Translations under genes and position numbers: made by a program
The notes under the pieces: generated by a model
The model's input: the letters and a program-made list of their open reading frames with translations, nothing else
What the model was told of the DNA's origin: nothing
The model's database searches: none
Shown here: piece by piece, positions 52,191 to 59,343 of the stretch
How positions within the stretch are numbered: position 1 is the stretch's first letter
Layout: each line of letters begins with the position of its first letter
From: Octopus bimaculoides
Lineage: Eukaryota
DNA: 59,343 bases
Assembly: GCF_001194135.2 (NCBI RefSeq)
Contig: NC_068990.1
Span: 13,421,907-13,481,249 of the forward strand
Direction of reading: 5' to 3'

Positions 52191-52598
52191 TTTTACTCTT
52201 TTACCTGTTTCAGTAATTTGACTGCGGACATGCTGGAGCACCGCCTTTAGTCGAGCAAATCGACCCAAGGGCTTATTCTTTGTAAGCCGAGTACTTATTC
52301 TATCGGTCTCTTTTGCCGAACCCCTAAGTTACGGTGACGTAAACACACGACCATCGGTTGTCAAGCGATGGTGAGGGGACAAACACAGACACACAGACAC
52401 ACATATATACATATACATGTATATATACATATATACGACGGGCTTCTTTCAGTTTCCGTCTACCAAATCCACTCACAAGGCTTTGGTCGGCCCGAGGCTA
52501 TAGTAGAAGACACTTGCCCAAGGTGCCACGCAGTGGAACTGAACCCGGAACCATGCGGTTGGTAAGCAAGCTACTTACCACACAGCCACTCCTGCGTC
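52191..52598 (-). mobile_element. SINE family A, best-preserved full-length copy (tRNA-derived)
   Basis: Minus-strand head gacgcaggagTGGCTGTGTGGtaag...GGTTCAGTTCC (A/B boxes), short central microsatellite, complete tail. Confidence 0.95.
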
Positions 52599-53141
52599 AT
52601 ATGACATTTTTTTAATAATATAAATAGTGACTCAACACATTTCTCAGTTTTGAGCTTTTGTATATCGCCTTTTATTCTTTGCTTGCTGGACAAGTATATA
52701 TTTTCCGCGTTATTTTTAAATGTAACAATTCAACATGCATAATTATTAACTAAATTATTTCACCTTCATTCTCCAATGTTCAATTGAACAATCTTGCACC
52801 GGTAAGAATGTTAATTTCGAAACCGGTCCACGAATAATAATGTTTTATTTATGTAATTTTCTCTGTCTTACCCGCATACGGTTTGGTATTTCGCTGAATT
52901 TCTTTTGAGAACCATTAGGTCTTAGTAGACACAAAATGTGATCTCCTTCTAGCACATTAAATGTCCACTTTAGAGGTCAACGTTATATATAAAAATATAC
53001 TTTAATCCCCTAAGATCTCAGATATTTTCTTCTGAATCTCTCTGATACTTTAAATTTGTTAGCTTCCTGGTAATAAATCGATATTAATTAATATCTGATT
53101 TTTACCCTATGTTTTAATTAATTATATATATATATATATAG

Positions 53142-53176
<35 letters not shown>

Positions 53177-53187
53177 TATATGTATAT

Positions 53188-53335
53188 ACAAGACGGGCTC
53201 CCACACAGAATCCACCAAGGACATTAACTCACAACGTGTTGATCGATCAGGAGTACATCGAAGAAATTTTCCCAACGTGCCGGGCAGTAGAAATGAACCG
53301 AAGATTCGTGGTTACAAAGCTCTCTATCGACAGAT
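53188..53335 (-). mobile_element. SINE family A, strongly diverged 5' half
   Basis: agacgggct...actcacaacgtgttgatcg...cccaacgtgccgggcagtagaaatgaacc. Confidence 0.6.
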
Positions 53336-53409
53336 GAAGGAGCACATGTGTATCCTAGACGCTTGGATAATTGTGATATTTCACAGATGCATTAACAGAG
53401 AGCCCTTTT

Positions 53410-53545
53410 ACGAAAGGATATTAGAAATGATCGTAAAGGAAAGCAGTGAGAGCCGTTTGGTCCCGATCCACATTTCAGTTTTGTCTCCCCTTTTGAATAG
53501 TTTTAGTTCGGATTTATTTGCATTTCTCTGTGCAAGAAACTTTCG
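53410..53545 (-). pseudogene. Possible RTE-type RT relic
   Basis: Minus frame LFKRGDKTEMWIGTKRLSLLSFTIISNIL resembles xFKKGDxxxCxNYRGISLLS. Confidence 0.4.
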
Positions 53546-53659
53546 ACTTGGCTTCGTATATTATGCTTGGTTTTGTTTCCGCCACTTGCGAAGTTTGTTT
53601 TTTGTTATTTGTACACATTCACATTTTGTAGCGTCGTATGTATCTCATCATATGTGTGT

Positions 53660-53694
<35 letters not shown>

Positions 53695-54264
53695 NNNNNN
53701 NNNNCAAGATTTAATATATCCTGCAGACAGAGCTTTATTTCATAGGAAGAAAACCTCTTAAGGACAAGAAATAAATACATAAAATTGAAAGAAAATATAT
53801 CTTCCAAGAATCTAAATTAACTTTAAAATATAACAGCAAAAGAAAAAAGCTAATCCAAATTGAAAAATATAACAAAAACCATCATTAAAAAACCGTGTAG
53901 CACATATAAATCTGTTGGTGATATATTGAAAATATCGGCTTTAAAAGCAATATAATAAATATATAAATAAATTGAAAGATAAATATACAAGTAGAGAAAA
54001 TTTCATCGTGTATCCATGGCATATTGTGAGTAGCTTTGTTAATGCCAAATGAAAAACATTTAATTGAAAAGCATTAAATTACATTTGATCGGCTATTTTA
54101 CCAATATATACATACATTTTTATAAATATATACGTGTATGCGTATACATACATGCATACATACATACAGGCACACACACACACATACAAACACATACACA
54201 CACATATACAGTCATATACTTATCTATATATCAATCTCTCTCTTTCTCTCTCTCTATATATATG

Positions 54265-54380
<116 letters not shown>

Positions 54381-54528
54381 TATGTGTGTGTTTATCTATA
54401 GATATATAAATACATGTTTATATATGTGTGTGTGAGTGTGTGCGTGTGTGTGTTTATATACATATTTAAATACATACTGATTGTATGTGTGTATGTGTGT
54501 GTTTATATATACATGTATAAATACATGT

Positions 54529-54568
<40 letters not shown>

Positions 54569-54659
54569 ATTATTTGTGTGTGATTATATATACATATATA
54601 TGTAAGTATGTGTGTGTATATATGTGTATGCATATGCATTTATATATATATATCTTTGT

Positions 54660-54739
<80 letters not shown>

Positions 54740-55244
54740 CTTTGCTCTTTCATGTGCATATCTACCTACTTTCTTTACCTAACTAAACATCTATGTTATC
54801 TGGAAAATCAGAATATGTCATTTTGTTTTGTTACCTCAGTACTTTAATTTACCTTTTTCTATTGCCATTACCTCATGTTACTTATATTTAAACGCAAGGA
54901 TACAAATGGATTCTTTCCAAACAAATTCCTTCTTAATGGTTACTCTATTCTTCTTCCCGATAAGATATAATTGTGTATATGATTACTATTATTTCTTATC
55001 TGGTTTATTGTTTGTTTCTTTTTTTCTTGGCTTTTTTTTTGCTGTTTCCCTGCTTATTTTCTAACCACCTAAAATACCACATCAACACCGCCACCACCAG
55101 TCTCACAATCAAAGTCGCTACTACCAGCACCACTACCACCCTACAACCTCTACTACTACAGTTGCAGCACCACTACCACCCTACAACTACTACTACTACA
55201 GTTGCAGCTACAGCTACTGTTACTACTGCTGCTACTGCTCTTAA

Positions 55245-55255
55245 TATTATTATTA

Positions 55256-55347
<92 letters not shown>

Positions 55348-55546
55348 TATTTTTATAACGTGCTTTCAANNNNNNNNNNNNNNNNNNNNNNNNNNNNNNN
55401 NNNNNNNNNNNNNNNNNNNNNNNNNNNNNNNNNNNNNNNNNNNNNNNNNNNNNNNNNNNNNNNNNNNNNNNNNNNNNNNNNNNNNNNNNNNNNNNNNNNN
55501 NNNNNNNNNNNNNNNNNNNNNNNNNNNNNNNNNNNNNNNNNNNNNN

Positions 55547-55615
<69 letters not shown>

Positions 55616-55625
55616 CACTACTGCT
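55245..55625. repeat. (ATT)n and (ACT)n/(ACC)n tracts around a gap
   Basis: Directly visible; gap at 55370-55546. Confidence 0.95.
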
Positions 55626-57039
55626 GCTGCAATTAGTAGTACTTCCATTATTTCTGATACTGGTACTATTTCATCATCGTATGATGAGGAAGTAAGAATA
55701 CTTGAAGTTGAAAATCTTCGAAATTTCGATGAAGTCATGAAAGGAAAACGACAATAATATCTCAAAAGACAGTGAAGATAAAACCAAGAAAACTGGTGAC
55801 GAGAAACAATTCTATCAAAACAACAATGATACCCCACCAAGGAAAATAATCTATAAATTTTAAAGAACGAAGGAAGTCTAAGAATAACCATCCTTGAAAA
55901 ATTAAACAAACAATTATTAGACAAAAATTACTCGTTTGTGGTGCCACAGATTTTCGGAAAGAATGAGAATGACACAAAAGACGGTTTGGCTAGAAAAATG
56001 AAACCATGAAAAATATAGATTATTGGTAAATTTAAATCTATGAGATTATAACGAACTTAAAAGTGTATACCCCGAAGACGTTGACATTTTTTAAAAGCAA
56101 ACATCTCAAACATGCTTAACGCTGTATTTTGCTTCAATCCTACACAAACAATTGATTAGTGGATGGGTTATGAAGTACAAAAACCCAACTTAACAGCAAT
56201 TGTGTCTGTTTTATTGTACATTTTATTTATTACAGTACAAATTTATGTACTTTTAGAACCTTATCTCTCTCATTCATATATACCATTCATATATTTCGAC
56301 CCCGACCCCTTGCATATTTGTTTGCTTGTTTTACACACCCCGCTGTTTTTTTTGTTTTTTTCTGTATATCCCATCACGCCTTCAAAAGAAATGTTGTGGC
56401 TAATACAGAAGAGATTATTTTAAAATATTGTCATACTAAGCAGTTTTGAATAAAATATATTCGTGTAAAGTCATATTTAATACATTCGAATATATTCGGA
56501 AGTGAAAAGGTCTTTCAGTGAGTAAATAGCTCCGAAAGAAAATGCCTTCTTCTAGACCTGTGTTGAAACGCACTTTGGGTTGTGATTGGTGTCACTGGAT
56601 TAAAGGACATATGCATTTCTGAGTCTTTTTGCTTCGTCAACTCTGAGCTTGAAATTTGTAATTTACAGTCCGATAAAAACGAAACTATCCTTGTTAAACA
56701 CGCTTTGTGTGGTGTGTTAAATTTGCATTTCATAACACCACAGTTGACAAAATAATTACCTGTAAAGTGTTGAGTGTCCGGTAGTTAATCATACTTATTC
56801 CTGGTGTTTGTGTCTTGTGCTAATGTTAGAAATATTAGAAAGAATAGAGATGTAGAGGATGAATGATAAAGTCAAGAAATTAAATGCTTTAGATCTGTTT
56901 CTCATTAATGCTAGGACTCAACAGATAGGAACTTAACCTGATTTTAATGGCACACAAATGATTCAAATTACAAAACTCCCACCTGAACAGGACGCTAATG
57001 CTTCTGAGGGTTAACTTCCCAACTAACGTCGGAACTAAT

Positions 57040-57155
57040 TTATAGTTGCGTGGACTGGAGCAACGCGAAATGAAACGTTTTGCTTGAGAACACTATGCAC
57101 CGCCATGTCCGAAATCTAGACCACGGTCTTACGATAGTTAGTGCAACATCCTGAA
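57040..57155 (-). mobile_element. Fragment of a further SINE-like family
   Basis: gtggactggagcaacgcgaaatgaaacgttttgcttgagaacac... resembles, from recall, an abundant octopus repeat. Single copy here. Confidence 0.45.
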
Positions 57156-58440
57156 AAGTAGGCAACATGCTTTCACTGTTAAATTGTTCTAATGACTTTC
57201 GTTCAAAGGCAGGATGGGATTCAAACGCTAAGACTGATTTCGTATTTAATTTGCCAATAAAAATAAGTAGTTATAAATTTTAAGATTTGTTCAGTCGAAC
57301 CTACCATACTTCATTTGAGTTCTGATCCCGCTTAATAGAGATAGGGAGTTTTAAAGAGGCTTTTATGTAAATAGTTACAAGCAAAAATTGTAATCACGTT
57401 TTCTCTAAGTTTTGTAAGAATTTATCAATTAATCTTCTGTGTTCTCCACAGAAATTAAAACGTCTGATTTCTGTGGCTTTGCGATACTTAATGGAGTCAA
57501 TAGCACTATGAAATATAGAACAACTTAATCCCACATACGTTAATGTTATAAAGAGATTCCCTATGTCGGTTAAGAGATTGTCATATTAATAATAATAAGT
57601 AATATTTCAAAATTCTGCAGCTAATCATCTTAAACAATGCAAATAAATATAATAGATGGTTAAGATAAATATGTCCATAATCATCACTTCTGATTGCTCA
57701 GAGTTAAATGGATTAAAGATTAATCCATGGTTTGTATATTCGTGGGAATATTGATTATTGTTATCGGCCGGCTCGATCGGAATTGAATTGACATGAGGCC
57801 ATTTTAGTTACGTACGTGAAATATGGTATGCAGAATTATTATTCTCAGAAAAAAATACTAAAAGTCTAACTGTTATTACGCTCTCATCCATGCGAAGCTA
57901 ATTCAATGCCTTAGTAACTTCTGTTATTTTTCTTCTACAATAATGCGTATATAAATAATATTGACTTGTTTATATGGTGATGCAACCAAAATGTTTAACA
58001 GAGAGTAAATGTCACACTTGACAGTTCCAAACAGATTTAGCTGTGTAAATGAAAAAGAACAGTAGCTTTAATAGGAAAGAGAAATCAAGCAAATTTCAGA
58101 ATATCCTACAAGGATCGAAACGAAATTACATCTGTTAGGCTCTTTAAGAAAATTAAATGAATATATGCATACTCACAAACCACACAGGCACAAATGTACA
58201 CAAACATGTTATATGAAGTGTGTATATATATATATATAGATATACACATAATTAAGGGATCAGCAACAGTTGCTTCACCACATACCGAAGTTCAGAAATA
58301 GCAGCTAACATGCTGAGACTCCAACAGATAGCAGGTGTTTACATACCGAAGGGCTTGGTAAAAATTATTAATTATTAATTTATTAATAAACCTTTACCCT
58401 TTTAATTGTAATATATATATATATATATATATAATTTTAT

Positions 58441-58571
58441 TTTATTCTTTTCTATGTTTCAGTCATTTGACTGCGGCTGGAGTAGAGCCTTGAATGATTT
58501 TAGTTGATCAAATCGACCCGTTGACTTACTTTTAAGCCTAGTACTTATTCTGTATCCCTTTNNNNNNNNNN

Positions 58572-58606
<35 letters not shown>

Positions 58607-58650
58607 CGACAGGCTTCTTTCAGTTTCCGTCTACCAAATCCACTCACAAA
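58441..58650 (-). mobile_element. SINE family A pieces across a 10-N gap
   Basis: Tail atgtttcagtcatttgactgcgg, then acgacaggcttctttcagtttccgtctaccaaatccactcacaa. Confidence 0.85.
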
Positions 58651-59225
58651 GGAGATGAAGAATAAAGAAAGAACGGACATAAAGGTTAGTTGCCAGGTGC
58701 GAATGCGAAACGTGTGGGAGTGTAGTAGTGTGAGGTAGTGGGGTGTGAGATGATGATGCATAGGTGTAGTCGTATTCTACGACAGCAGGAGGCGTGGGAG
58801 AGGTGAGACGGAAGGTAAGAGAAACTAGTAAAGAAAATTATATAGATAATGAATAAGCTTGAATACAGATGTATGTATGAATGTACGTTCGCACACATAT
58901 ACACCTACACTGTTCAATGCAATAGCATGTGTTTATTGCAATATCTCCGATTTTTTATTCCATCACACGTTAAGATTTTTGTTATACGCTGTTATATACG
59001 CTGTTATTCTATTCCCAACCACCGAAACGCATTTCATTTGTTCAATTTACAGACATTTTACATAAAATATGAATATATATTTCTCCTTAATTACATTGTT
59101 GCTTCTTTTCAATTTTCATTCTTTACTGAGAGCTAAACACACCATATCACTCTATTTTTCTTAATCTTTCACACTCAATGTCTCTCTCTTTCTCACTTTC
59201 CATAGTTCTACCTTTGCACTCACCC

Positions 59226-59266
<41 letters not shown>

Positions 59267-59343
59267 TCCCTCTCTACCTCTTTCTCCATTATTCAATGTG
59301 GAGCATTCGCTGTGGATAATAACTAAACATATATATATATATA

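Noticed and set aside
52520-52598. tRNA gene
   Set aside because: A/B boxes are present, but they continue into a SINE body and form no cloverleaf.
54973-55695. Mucin-like Thr-rich ORF
   Set aside because: It is built from ACT/ACC/ATT repeats and a gap. Its internal tandem unit (55125, 55165) has a 40-bp period that breaks the frame.

Overview
This is eukaryotic, AT-rich, repeat-dense draft genomic sequence with 12 N-gaps, nearly all flanked by microsatellites. Two abundant tRNA-derived SINE families and the compound (AT)/(GT)/(GAT)/(ATT) microsatellites look like an Octopus genome; that assignment is from recalled repeat sequence, not a search. I found no rRNA, true tRNA, CRISPR array or confidently named host gene, and most long ORFs in the supplied track are microsatellite or N-gap artefacts. 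Well supported: many SINE copies (including head-to-tail multimers), an internally deleted mariner with intact TIRs and TA sites (567-794), a 5'-truncated RTE-type LINE (6680-7780) and a foldback/MITE-like element (9452-9632). Less certain: several decayed LINE and Penelope-like relics. The most interesting signal is three minimal hammerhead-ribozyme-like motifs in short Penelope-type cassettes; two share an unusual A6-to-U core change. Several small candidate exons have good splice signals, but I could not assemble them into a recognisable protein.
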